From NCBI RefSeq assembly GCF_009914755.1, contig NC_060930.1: a stretch of DNA of 64,000 bases. The stretch is one strand, 5' to 3'. Positions 1 to 18,783 of this stretch are shown one piece after another. This stretch comes from the human T2T-CHM13v2.0 reference genome, Homo sapiens. How positions within the stretch are numbered: the first letter of the stretch is position 1; every line of letters starts with the position of its first letter. The notes under the pieces are model-generated. The model was given only the letters and a program-made list of their open reading frames with translations, had not been told where the DNA came from and did no database searches. The position numbers were made by a program, and so were the translations under genes.

Positions 1-1774
1 ACTGTATTTCTCTAGTTGATACCATTTCAGCTGTCCTCAAAGTCACACCCATCAGCAGGAAAGCTTATGACTTCCCCTGTGAGGCATTATTGCCAAGAAG
101 CTGTTCCGGAAGTGACAGACTGTAGAATGATGCGATAGTTGCCTTCTCTGTTAATGAGTAAAGTGACCCAGTTAGCCATCACAGATGAGACCTTTAGCTT
201 CACTTTAATAGACATTGATGTCTCCGGATGAGGACAACCCACACTGGGATACCAAATGGCATTTTAGCTGTAAACTAAACATGTTCTGCAGCCTAATAAA
301 GTAACAGGAAAATGGAAGTGAGACTTTCAGAAATAAACTTTACTTTCCACAATATAAAAAAGTATAACATTTCCCTATTCTTTGTATCAATTTTAAGCTA
401 GGACAGAAAGAGAAAGCTCAAAATCATATAAAAATAAGACCTAAGATTTCTATCTAGAATGTTGTATGAAATATATTGTGAACAAAATAGCAAAATATGT
501 ATACCTCTGTTACGGTGATTTTATTTCCTGTACTTAAAATTAAGCATTTATCAACAATTTAATGCAGCAAAGTAATTACATGGTTCACTGGGATTTGACA
601 TAACACCTTTAAAGAATACTGACTTTCATTCATTTTATTGTCATTAGGCTCCAATGTCAAAATTAAAGTTCTATTAGTTATCTTCCATGCCTCTATATGT
701 ACATTATCTCCCAGGAAGATTCCATCCTACTTCAGTCTAGTGAGTTACAATCTTCTCATGAGGTGCACATATGTGTATACAGTATATGGGGACATATATG
801 TGCACTTATAGTCCCTAGGCTAAGACTAAGAATTCTAAGAACACGCAAAAAGAAGGGCAAAGTACACAAAAGGGGGAAGAAATGAAAAACTTCTTTAATG
901 AGAAAAAAGAATGAACAGAACGAGTGGGACAAAACCCATAGCACATAATGGGGTATTTGACATAAAATACTAGGTATCAGAGGTAAGACTAAGCAAAGTA
1001 TATTTTAGGTATTGGAAAAGCAATGTACTTAAACCAATAACACCACCAATTTAAATTTATTACTCTTTTGTTCTCAAGTATATGAAACTATGAGTCATTC
1101 AAGCTTCCATTTGAAAATAACATTCAAAAAAACCTTTGCGAGCACCCTAGAATCAGTAATAAAACCTATTCTAATTATATCTAGAGAAAGCATTGATTTA
1201 CAATACACCAAAACTTAGAAAAGGTGACCCAGATATATGAGTACTTAAAATTTCAATGTCATTGTTTCCTGGAAGTAATCACAGTCTAAGGAGGAAATGG
1301 GGACACAGGGGGCACACAGGCTGGGGGAGAGATTCTCATTATTTCCAAACAATAATATGGAGACCTAAAACTATTCACATACAAATCAACACTGGAACTT
1401 TGAACTCAATCCTTAAAGTCTGGCCAGTAATACAGTTTAGACCTGAAGCACCAAAAGATAAGTTTTAGCTTGTTGCAAGCTCTAGAGACACACTGAAGAA
1501 CAACGGTGGCACCTTGTACACTCTAGAGCAAAAACCACTCTGGTCTAGCGTATGTAAAAGGAATCCTAAATATATACATGCCTTTCATTTAAACCCCTTT
1601 CTTCTCAGACAGCAAAAAGGAATATGCAAGGTATTCAGAACCTCTTCATACCATATATCTGGACTAAGTAGGTACAGTTATCTCACTTCAGACATATCAG
1701 ACAGATGGAATTTAAAAGGTACATTTTTTGGATCTTTTACAGCTTAATTTTTCTGGTCATCCTACCCAAAATGT

Positions 1775-1931
1775 GGCCCAGGCACAGTGGCTTACACCTG
1801 TAATCCAAACGCTTTGGGAGGCCATGGTGTGAGGACCGCTTGAAGCCAGGAATTTAAGACCAGCCTGGGCAACAAAGTCAGATCCTGTCTCTACAAAAAA
1901 ATAAGTAAAAAAAAAAAAAAAAAAAAAAAAA
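1775..1931 (+). mobile_element. Alu left monomer (FLAM_C-like) with long A tail
   Basis: ggcccaggcacagtggcttacacctgtaatcc...agaccagcctgggcaac followed directly by poly(A); no right arm. Confidence 0.85.
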
Positions 1932-2122
1932 GTGGGGGGAGGTGTAGATATAAATACACTAAATATACACACAACACATACGTGTACACACACACACTCA
2001 TATTCTCCAACTATCAGAAAACTAATAAACCACTCTGAACTATATCATGTCTCCTCAAACTAATCAGCAACCTTAACCCTATTCCTTCACGTACTTTGCC
2101 AACCTCTGAACCTAAATGATAA

Positions 2123-2477
<355 letters not shown>

Positions 2478-2718
2478 TATTCACATCATTTTAAAATCAT
2501 TCTTCTATACAGATGTAAGATGAGTCAACATCTAACAGTTTATTTTCTTTTAACCATCTGTAATTTCCATCAGGTTGAGCATTATGTGCAATTGTTCCTA
2601 AGTATTCTTAAACACCTAAAAATACAGCCAAATATACTATCATTTTTTGAAAGTCAGCATATTAGAAACATAAGCTCAAGACATTGGGTTAACCAGGAGC
2701 ATAATTTAAGTTTACTTT

Positions 2719-3012
<294 letters not shown>

Positions 3013-4619
3013 GTTTATTTCGTCCATCAGGAACCAAATCAAGTCAGGCTAAAGATGAATGCACAGTTACTGATAAAATAAGGCTATGAAATTAACTACC
3101 AATTCATTACGAGTATGATAAACCCAGTTTAAAATGTTTTGTAATTGTGCTGCAAAAGCCATAATCAACAAGAGAAAAATAAATTTGTGATACATACTGA
3201 GAACAGTTTTAATAAAATTAACTTCTCTTAAAATCAGCAATAAATGACTGCAAAATTTAATCATTATGTTTTTTCTATACAGAGCTATATTTAGTTAGCC
3301 AAAACCATTTATGTGACCATACATTTATGTCATAATAAATAAAAAGACTTCTGTTAAACATATTTGTTTGCTGATAGGTAAAATTATATCCACATCACAG
3401 TTTCAATAAAAATAATAATACTAGTCCTTTAATATCTTCAACCTACTTTCTTTCAGTTCATAATTCAATAAACAGCAAATTATTAGAAAATTTAATTTTG
3501 AAATATACAGTTATTATAACATCTATGAGACCTAGAAAAAATTATTTAATGTCAAGAATAGTATTCTTCATAACATTAAGTATTCCCCAAAATTATATAA
3601 AACTTAAATATATTTTTTGGTAGATAAAAGATAAAGTCATTTTTCCTGAAATGATGTCTTAGCACCTAACTGAACTATAGAAAAGAGAAGGTCATTAAGA
3701 GGAAGGTTTCAAGTAGAAATAGTCTGTTACACTCACAGATACAGTAACAGGAAAGGCAAGGCGGGGCTCATGAATTAAACAGCCCCAAGAAAAAAAGAAT
3801 GAAAAAGGGCAAATTCTGAAAGGGGTGCTGAAAGAGCTCATGCAGCTAATAAACACATGTGCCACAAAACAACCATCCAAACAGTAGGATCTGCATTCTC
3901 CTAGAAATTCAATGTTATTTCCAAGACACTACATTACTTTTGAGTAAAGAGTCCTAATCCTTTGGCATCATAACCACCAGCTACTCTAATCTTAACCCTA
4001 ACTTTTCCATGTAATTCATCAAACTACCAACAAGGACTTTAGTACTTGAATCATCCTTGTCTTCTTCATGTATGCTACCATACATGTGGACAATCTACTC
4101 AGCATCCTAGTGTCCAAGATCCTAAATATTTTCAACTCTACTGACATTCTCTTCCACTCTACCTCATTAATCTCTACCAACAGACAGCTGCTAAATTATT
4201 ATTTAAAAGTACTCCACATCAAACGTGATCACTCTCTTACAATATATGTCTCCCATCCAGCAATGAAAGAGGCATTTCTATCTACCTGCTACAGCTGCGG
4301 ATCTTTATTTCACCTTTCAAAAATTATTTCACCTACTAGGTAGGTGAAACATTTCACGAACATTCTCAAAACCCTATCTCCACACATGCCTCTCTGGAAC
4401 TACAATTCTCAGCACTGCAATATGACTAGATATGAGATTGTACAGAATCATATGTGGAACAGTGTTTTAGACTTGGAAAACCAAGCAAAGAGTATTAAGA
4501 ATTTAAGCCCTGAAATGCCACAAGAGTGGTGCTTTCTGAGGACTGAACTTATCACAAGAAAACCTATAGGCTCCTACCAATTACCCAGTGAAAAAGTCTA
4601 ATTTTAACAATATATTACT

Positions 4620-4655
4620 GATGATGATGATATGATGATGATGATGATGGATGAC
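4620..4655. repeat. (GAT)n microsatellite
   Basis: gatgatgatgatatgatgatgatgatgatggatga. Confidence 0.85.
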
Positions 4656-4769
4656 TTATCTGAGGCTAGCAGTTCCACACTATTAAATAAAGAAAGCAAA
4701 ATTTTAAAACATTGGCCAGTTACCCAGCCCTCCATGTTTGGCTAATATGAGAGGAAGAATCAAAAAACA

Positions 4770-5680
4770 ATCAAATATTTTCTCATTAATGTCAGAACAG
4801 GACAAAGATATTCTCTGTCAGCACTCCTTTCAAAATCATACTGAAGTTCTAGCTAATAAAGTAAGACAAGTAAAAGGTATAAATATTGGGAAGGTAGAAA
4901 TAAAATTGTCTTTTTTCACAAATGATATGATTGCCTATGCAGAAAGTATGAAAAGAATAAACAAAAACTCCTGGAACTAATAAGCAATTATAGCCAGGTT
5001 TCAGGACACAAATATATAAAACTCAATCACTTTCCCACATACCAGCAATGGTATACAGAAAAAATATCAATCACTTTCCTATATACCAGGTGAATTTCAA
5101 AATTTAAAATACAATAACATTTACATTAGCACCCTCCAAAAATGAAATACTTAGGGATAACATAACAACTACATATAAAAATCTGTATTAGAAAAACTAC
5201 AGAATTCCAACGAAAGAAACCAAAGAAGAACTAAATAAATGGAGAGACAGCACATGTTCATAGATAGGAAGACTCAATATTGTCAAGATGTCAGTCTTCC
5301 CAATTTGATCTACAGATTCAACACAATCCCAACCAAAATCCCAGAAAGTTATGTTCTAAATATTGTCAAACTGATTTTAAAGGTTGTATGGAGAGGCAAA
5401 CGATCTAAAATAGCCAGCACAATATTGAAGGAGAAGAATAAGAGCAACAACTGACACTACCAGACTCAAAATTTACTATACAGCTACAGTAATCAAGACA
5501 GTATAATATCGGCAAAAGAACAGACAAATGGATCAGTGGAACAGAATAGAACCCAGAAATAGATCCACATAAATACAGTCAAGTGATCTTTGACAAAACA
5601 GCAAAAGCAATGAAACGAAAATAGTCTTTTCAACAAGTGGTGATAGAACAACCGGACCTTCACATGCAAAAAAATAAATA
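4770..5680 (+). mobile_element. Old L1M LINE-1 ORF2 fragment
   Basis: Degenerate ORF2 peptides in the ORF track (EIKLSFFTNDMIAY; LPNLIYRFNTIPTKIP). Confidence 0.85.
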
Positions 5681-7129
5681 AATTCTGAAGTTGCAAACTT
5701 ATGATTTGTGTATGTTTCAGTGTGTGTTATACATCCCCAAGCAAAAGTCTGCTTAGAAACACTAAAGAAAAAAATGTGCTAATTAAATTTTAGAAAGCAT
5801 ATGTTTTACATTCTCAAATTTCTGAAAAATATGCTATGCTAAAAATCAGATGTGTGAAATATAGGGCATTTTGAGGAACTATCCAATAATACAAAAAGAA
5901 GAACAAAGAAAAGTATAAAAGATAAAATATATAGAAGCACATGTTAAGCAAAATTTTTAAGGAAAATTAAATATTATGCAAACCTATATTAATATTTCTA
6001 AGCAAAATACGATTAAGCAAAATTCAAAGTAAACAAAAGCAAAATAAAAGAAATTAATATTTCTGTATAAAATATGCCTAAGCAAACTGAAAGAAAAAAT
6101 GGTGTCAACTGATTTCGATAATAAAATTCATAATGAAGAAATGAGTAATAAATGTTTATGTGCTAAAATTTTAATATATTAGAAAAAAGACAAAATGTAA
6201 TAGCACTGAAACATTTTAATATTCCTCTCTTACCTATGACAAAACTATAACATAAAAACATTCACAGAAATGTTTATAACTGATGATATATTAGGCCACT
6301 AAAAAAAAAAAACCAGCAAATTCCTAGAAATCATACCAACTACATTCCCTAGTCACCAAACAAACAACAACAAAATTAGAACTAAGAAAAATAAATAAGT
6401 TGAAAACAAATGGGAAAAGCTGATAAACTTCAAATTTTAAAACATTCTGTTAAGTGCTGTGCAGTCAGGGGAAGGGCCAAAAAGTGAACTGAATTTATAC
6501 AGCCAGTTTTTCTCTAGGGGCATTTCCTGATTTTAACATATGGCAAAACTTAGAAAATCCATATTTTTTCCCTAGGCAAAAGGCCACTGCTAAGGGAAAA
6601 GGAAACAAGTAGAGATTTTAGTGGGCTCAGGGAATTAGAGAGACACATTTGGGAAGGGATTCAAACATACACCTGGATTTCCCCTCGAGATGATAGCACA
6701 ATGCTAAAGTTACACAGATACGTAGAAAACAAAATTTAAAAGAAAATATATGTCCAACACCAATATAATACATTTGAACATTTTAATGACATTGATAATT
6801 TTCTAAAAATGACATATTAACAAAGGTGACGCATAAAAATGTTAAAAGTTGCTAACTATGTTTTTCAAAGACTTTCCTCCTTAAAAATATCCTAAAAGTT
6901 ATTTTAGGACTGAGTTCATTCAGGCTTTCACAGAACAATTCACTACAGTGTAAATAAACTATTCTCTGTCATAGAAAAATAGGTATAAATCCCCTGATTC
7001 ATTTTACATAATAAAAACAGACAACTACAAAATCATTCTCCATCTACTGTCAACTACAGACCAACCTCTATCACCCATTCCGTCGTTCCAGGCATTTGCA
7101 ATAGTGGCAAATCTATCACATTATTTTAT

Positions 7130-8220
<1,091 letters not shown>

Positions 8221-8537
8221 AAAATCAAAGATCAGGCTAACAAAAGAGTTGAGATTTAGCTGAGAACTAGAAAGAGGCAGCTATAAAAGCTAAGCACAGT
8301 TCCAGAGTGCAAATGTCTTAACATGAACTATAAAATATCATATGTGGAAATACAAGAAATAAAAACACTAGTGAACAGTAACTGTAAAAGAAAATCATAG
8401 AAAATTAGCAGCAAGGTGGGCAGGAACTAGATCATACAGGTATACATCAAGATAAGTTTTATTTTGCTTTAAATGTAAAAAGAATCTATGATATAGGCAC
8501 AAAAATCCTACATACCAGCAAATTAAATTTAAAAATA

Positions 8538-8890
8538 CAGTTATGCATCATTTAACAACAGGAGTGTCTTCTGAAAAAAATGCATTGTTGGGTGATTCTG
8601 TCATTGTGTAAACATCACCGACTGCTCTTACACAAACCTAGATGGTCCAGCCAACTATACACTAGGCTATACAATATACAGCCTATTGCTCCTAGGCTAC
8701 AAACCTGTACAGCATGTAACTATACTCTGTACTGAATACCGTAGGCAACTCTAACACACTGGTAAGTATTTATGTATAAAAGATAAAAAATGGTACACCT
8801 GTATAGGGCAACTTTGTTATAACCTTATGGGACCACCATTATATATGCAGTCCAAAGTTGACCAAAACACTGTTAAGTGGCACACAACTA
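8538..8890. mobile_element. Tigger3a/MER7-like non-autonomous DNA transposon (TcMar-Tigger)
   Basis: Characteristic cacaaacctagatgg...gcctattgctcctaggctacaaacctgtacagcatg...ttatgggaccacc; degenerate terminal inverted repeats (TIRs) flanked by TA. Confidence 0.8.
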
Positions 8891-8899
8891 TATATTAAA

Positions 8900-9092
8900 A
8901 CTGTGCTATTCAATGGCCACATGTGGCTACTAAAATTTAAATTAAATGACATTAAAAATCTAGTTCCCTCAGCTGCACTAGCCACAATTCAAGCACTACT
9001 CAATAACCATGTTTGGCTAGGAGGCACTGTAGTACATAGCAAAGATTACAGAACATTTTCATCTTATAGAAAGTTCCGTTGGACAGGTCTGC
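8900..9092. mobile_element. MER3/MER33-like hAT-Charlie element
   Basis: gccacatgtggcta...cactagccaca...agaacatttt...gaaagttccgttggacag. Confidence 0.7.
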
Positions 9093-9145
9093 TTTGAAAG
9101 AAAACACATATAAACAAGACGCCAACAAAAAGGACCCTGCAATAA

Positions 9146-9460
<315 letters not shown>

Positions 9461-9639
9461 TTCTGTCTGTTTTCTAAAAAACATGTAAGTAAAAATGAAA
9501 GGAAAAGAATAACCAAAAATTATTTACAAAATGCCAAAATTCTTAAGTGAAAATGCTTAAAGGAAGTCTGTCAGTTATCATAGAGCATACACTGAAGGGT
9601 ACACTGAGAACTAAGAATATAAATTAATAATTGACACAA

Positions 9640-9756
9640 TATCCCATCACATTTGCCATCTGTTGGTTAGAAGCAAGCTACAGATCCCACCCACACTGAA
9701 GAGGAGGGGGTTACACAACAGGCATTGGGGTTCACCTTAAAATTCTGCCTACCACA
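9640..9756 (-). mobile_element. MLT1-type MaLR LTR fragment
   Basis: ttggttagaagcaag...cccacactgaagaggagggg...tctgcctaccaca resembles an MLT1 terminus. Confidence 0.6.
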
Positions 9757-10919
9757 TGGGTGGAGGTACACAGTAGCACAAACTTTCAAGAATATTTGGT
9801 GGCATAGATTCCATTTTTAGAATTTATCCTAAGGAAATAACTCATGAACTTTCACTAAGTTATCTAAAGAGATATTCATCGAAACATTAGTAACAAAATT
9901 TTGGTAGCATTCTAAACATCTAATCAGAGATACTAACTTGAAAACCATTACTTTTAAATAAATACAGCCTATTTTCCAAATCAGTGTGTATATGTTTGAC
10001 ATACATATATTTTTTTAAAAATGTTTATTTGAATACATGTAAACCTTGCCTTTGTTTTGTGTCTACAACCAAACTTTGTTATACAGTGGTACTGTTTCTT
10101 CCACTGCAAAGCACAGTGTGTTCTATTGGTCTTCTACTGAAATAGTTCACTATTAGAGCTTTTCAGCTATCACTAATATACAAAATTGCTCTGATTATGA
10201 CCATTATTTTTAAATGTATGCCTTATAGTTGCCATATTCCTTATGTTCATATAAATTGTTTGCATTTTCCACTATCCTTCTCCTCACTCTGCACCCGTGT
10301 CCAACAAAGTAAGGCAAGACTGATGGCACAATGGTAGAACACAAACAAATTGATGCTGATCTCTTTCTAATCTATTCAAATGCCTGGTTCATTCAAACCA
10401 ATTTTACAATTAGCATAGAAAATATAGAGTTCTTCCCTCTTTTGGGAAATATATACTTCCCCATTTCACAGCCCACACGTTCACATGTCTGAAAACAGCA
10501 CTTATCTTACAATGACAAATCACAGTTGATTTCATGTACCACTGGGTAAGAGATTTCCAAAGGTATGAAAAGAAAAAGGTGGGCAGGGGGCATGGTTTAC
10601 AACCGATAGCATCTTATTTGGTAAACAAGGTACAGAAAATCTGGTTCCATATAAACAACAGAGTTGTCTGACACCCTTCTTCAACACCATCACCAATTGT
10701 GTACTAGAATCATATCTGTGATTTACAGTTTGTTTTCATGCATTTGTCTTCACACTCATGCCTTAGAGAAGTTAACTTAAACCTACGAGTTTAACGGCTT
10801 CACTGAACTAATTTCTCAAAGTATTTTAAAATTTTATTGCAATAATTCAATAATAACACACAAGTTTTCTATATTTTACTTTTAGTAAGACTGGCTCTGC
10901 TCGAAGTATAAAAATCATC

Positions 10920-11221
<302 letters not shown>

Positions 11222-11222
<1 letters not shown>

Positions 11223-11290
11223 TATATATATATATGTGTGTGTATATATATATATATATGTGTGTGTGTGTATATATATATATATAATAT
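11222..11290. repeat. Compound (TA)n/(TG)n microsatellite in the Alu tail
   Basis: Read directly from the sequence. Confidence 0.9.
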
Positions 11291-11919
11291 ACTATAAAAA
11301 TTACTTTAAAATTAATGTGCTGGAACTAAATACCTCCATCATTTCAACAATGACCAACAGAAGCTTCTATGCAAGTGGAAAGGGCAGACGCTATTATTTA
11401 ACTGCCATATTTCACTTTAAAATTCTAAAAAACCTACTAAGTCAGACAATGCCAAAGTAGTGGCTCACATTGTTGAGTTACACACTTTAAAAAAAAAAGT
11501 ATTCAGAGGCCTGGCAAGATGGCCAAATAGGTACAGCTCCAGTCTGCAGCTCCCAGCGAGATCAATGCAGAAGGCGGTGATTTCTGCATTTCTAACTGAA
11601 GTACCTGGCTCATCTCATTGGGATTGGTTAGACAGTGGGTGCAGCCCATAGAGGGTGAGCTGAAGCAGGGTGGGGCATCACCTCACCTGGGAAGCACAAG
11701 GGGTTTGGGCACTCTCTCCCCTAGCCAAGGGAAGCCATGACGGACTGTGCCATGAGGGACAGTGCACTCAGGCCCAGATACTACGCTCTTCCCACAGTCT
11801 TTGCAACCTGCAGACCGGTAGATTCCCTCGGATGCCTACGCCACCAGGGCCCTGGGTTTCAAGCACAAAACTAGGTGGCCGTTTGGGCAGACACCGAGCT
11901 AGCTGCAGGAGTTTTATTT

Positions 11920-12138
11920 TCATACTCCAGAGGCACCTGGAACACCAGCAAGACAGAACTGTTCACTCCCCTGGAAAGGCGGCTGAAGCCAGGGAGCCAA
12001 GTGGTCTAGATCAGCAAATCCCACCCCCATGGAGCCCAGCAAACTAAGATCCACTGGCTTGAAATTCTCACTGGCAGTACAGCAGTCTGAAGTCAACCTG
12101 GGATGCTGGAGCTTGGTGGGGGGAGGGGCGTCTGCCAT
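11920..12138 (-). CDS. L1 ORF0-like antisense ORF, 72 aa (MADAPPPTKLQHPRLTSDCC...GSMGVG...)
   Basis: Open frame in the L1 5'UTR. The N-terminus resembles L1HS ORF0 as I recall it (MAGAPPPASLPPCSLISDCC...GSVGVG). ATG context gtaATGG. Expression is not shown by sequence. Confidence 0.45.
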   Translation of the reverse strand: MADAPPPTKLQHPRLTSDCCTASENFKPVDLSLLGSMGVGFADLDHLAPWLQPPFQGSEQFCLAGVPGASGV

Positions 12139-12843
12139 TACCAAGGCGTGAGTAGGTGGTTTTCCCCTCCCAGTGTAAACAAAGCCTCCAGGAAGTTCCA
12201 ACTGGGCAGACCCCACCTCAGCTCCACAAACTGCTGTAGCCGGACTGCCTCTCTAGATTCCTCCTCCCTGGGCAGGGTGTCTGAAAGAAAGGCAGCAGCC
12301 CCAGTCATGGGCTTATAGATAAAACTCCCATCTCCCTGGGACAGAGTACCTGGGGGAAGGGGCAGCTATAGGCACAACTTCAGCAGACTTAAACGTTCCT
12401 GCCTACTACTGGCTCTGAAGAGAGCAGCGGATCTCCAGCACAGCACTCCAGCTCTGCTAAGGGACAGATGGCCTCCTCAATTGGGTCCCTGACCCCAGTG
12501 CCTACTGACTGGGAGAGACCTCCCAGCAGGGGTCAACAGACACCTCATACAGGGGAGCTCTGGCTGGCATCTGGTGGGTGCCCATCTAGGACAAAGCTTC
12601 CGGAGGAAGAACAGGCAGAAATCTTTGCTGTTCTGTAGCCTCTGCTGGTGATACCCAGGCAAACAGGGTCTGGACTGGACCCCCAGCAAACTCCAGCAGA
12701 GCTGCAGAAGAGGGGCCTGACTGTTAGAAGGAAAACTAACAAACAGAAAGGAATAGCATCAACATCAACAAAAGGACAGCCACTCAGAAACCCCATCCGA
12801 AGGTCACCAACATCAAAGACCAAAGGTAGATAAATGCACAAAG

Positions 12844-13850
12844 ATGAGGAAAAACCAGCCCAAAAGGGCTGAAAATTCCAAAAGCCAGAATGCCTCTTCT
12901 CCTCCAAAGGATCACAACTCCTCATCAGCAAGGGAACAAAACTGGATGGAGAATGAGTTTGAGGAATTGACAGAAGTAGGCTTCAGAAGGTGGGTAATAA
13001 CAAACTCCTCCGAGCTAAAGAAGCATGTTCTAACCCAATGCGAATCTGAGAACCTTGAAAAAAGGTTAGAGGAATTGCTAACTAGAATAACCAGTTTAGA
13101 GAACATACATGACCTGAGAAAGCTGAAAAACACAGCATGAGAACTTCGTGAAGCATACACAAATATCAACAGCCGAATCTATCAAGCAGAAGAAAGGATA
13201 TCAGAGATTGAAGATCAACTTAATGAAATGAAGCCTGAAGACAAGATTAGAGAAGAAAGAATGAAAAGGAACTAATGAAGCCTCCAAGAAATATGGGACT
13301 ATGTGAAAAGACCAAACCTATGTTTGATTGGTGTACCTGAAAGTGACAGGGAGAATGGAACCAAGATGGAAACCCTCTTCAGGATATTATCCAGGAGGAC
13401 TTCCCCAACCTAGCAAGATAGGCCAACAATCAAATTCAGGAATTACAGAGAACATCACAAAGACACTCCTCGAGAAGAGCAACCCCAAGACATATAATCA
13501 TCAGATTCACCAAGGCTGAAATGAAGGAAAAAATGTTAAGGGCAGCCAGAGAGAAAGGTCGGGTTACCCACAAAGGGAAGCCCATCAGACTAACAGCAGA
13601 TCTCTTTGCAGAAACCCTACAAGCCAGAGGAGAGATTCAACATTCTTAAAGGAAAGAATTTTCAACCCAGAATTTCATATCCAGCCAACTAAGCTTCATA
13701 AGCGAAGGAGAAATAAAATCCTTTACAGACAAGCAAATGCTGAGAGATTTTGTCACCACCAGGGCTGCCCTAAAAGAGCTCCTGAAGGAAGCACCAAATA
13801 CGGAAGGAAAAAACCAGTATCAACCACTGCAAAAACATACCAAATTGTAA
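12844..13850 (+). pseudogene. L1 ORF1 remnant
   Basis: MRKNQPKRAENSKSQNASSPPKD... start, premature stop at 13140, later stops and frameshifts. Confidence 0.9.
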
Positions 13851-13913
13851 AGACCATCGACACTATGAAGAAACTGCATCAACTAATGGGCAAAATAACC
13901 AGCTAGCATCATA

Positions 13914-17740
<3,827 letters not shown>

Positions 17741-18159
17741 CAGAAAACCAAACACTGCATCTTCAACTCATAAGTGGGAGTTGAACAATGAGAACACATG
17801 GACACAGGGAGGGGAACATCACACATGGGGTCCTGTTGGGGGTTGGGGGCTATGGGAGGGATAGCATTAGGAGAAATACCTAATGTAGATGACGGGTTGA
17901 TGGGTGCAACAAACCACCATGGCACATGTGTGTAACACATCTATGTAACAAACCTACATGTTCTGCACATGTATCCCAGAACTTAAAGCATAATTTTTAG
18001 AAAAGTATTCAGCTGAATGTGAATACAGTCATGTGATCTATGTCAATCCTATGGCTTTGTTAACCTGCAGCAAATTCACAATCACAGAACAATTAATTGA
18101 TCAGATTTAGGCAAAGTAACTGCCTCTTAATTATTTTGGAGGCCAATAACATCTTTTGA

Positions 18160-18470
18160 CAGAGCATGGTGGCTCACACCTGTAATCCCAGCACTTTGGG
18201 AGGCCGAGGCAGGCAGATCACGAGGTCAGGAGTTTGAGACCAGCCTGGCCAATATGGTGAAACCCCATCTCTACTAAAAAGACAAAAATTAGCCGGGTGT
18301 GGTGGCGCACACCTGATATCTAACTATTCAGGAGGCTGAGGCAGGAGAATCGCTTGAACCCAGGAGGCAGAAGTTGCAGTGAGCCGAGATAGCACCAATG
18401 CACTCTGGCCTAGGCGACAGAGCGAGACTTCGTCTCAAAAAAAAGAATAAAAAATAAAATAAAATAATAA
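18160..18470 (+). mobile_element. AluSg-like element
   Basis: Dimer with gatcacgaggtcaggagtt and an A-rich tail. Confidence 0.92.
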
Positions 18471-18651
18471 TCATCATTTTCCTCTGAATCTACAAATAGG
18501 TATTTTTTTGAATGTTAATTATAAAAAAAATTAGCTCTCATATTTAGCAAACATAGAAAATTCTCCATGTTACAATTAAAAATCTTTCATAGAAATATTT
18601 CAAATATATATGGCATGAGATACAATTATTTCTTCATGTGTCAATGAATAA

Positions 18652-18783
18652 GATTTACTACTCCAAAAGAAGTTATCTGGGACAATAAATCTTTACGTTC
18701 ACCGTATGAAAGTATGAATTCTCTTTAGTATGCGTTATATGATTTTCTTAAATTTCCCTCTGAAATGACATATGAATGAGATT
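18652..18783 (+). repeat. 132-bp direct repeat, copy 1 (presumed donor)
   Basis: 128/132 identical to 20513-20644. Confidence 0.95.

Noticed and set aside
5020-5090. Short direct repeat tcaatcactttcc...ataccag (similar small duplications at about 56466-56516 and 59178-59210)
   Set aside because: Ordinary local slippage duplications in old repeats or AT-rich DNA.
17827-17860. G-quadruplex-forming G tracts
   Set aside because: Standard feature of the L1PA 3'UTR; not specific to this locus.
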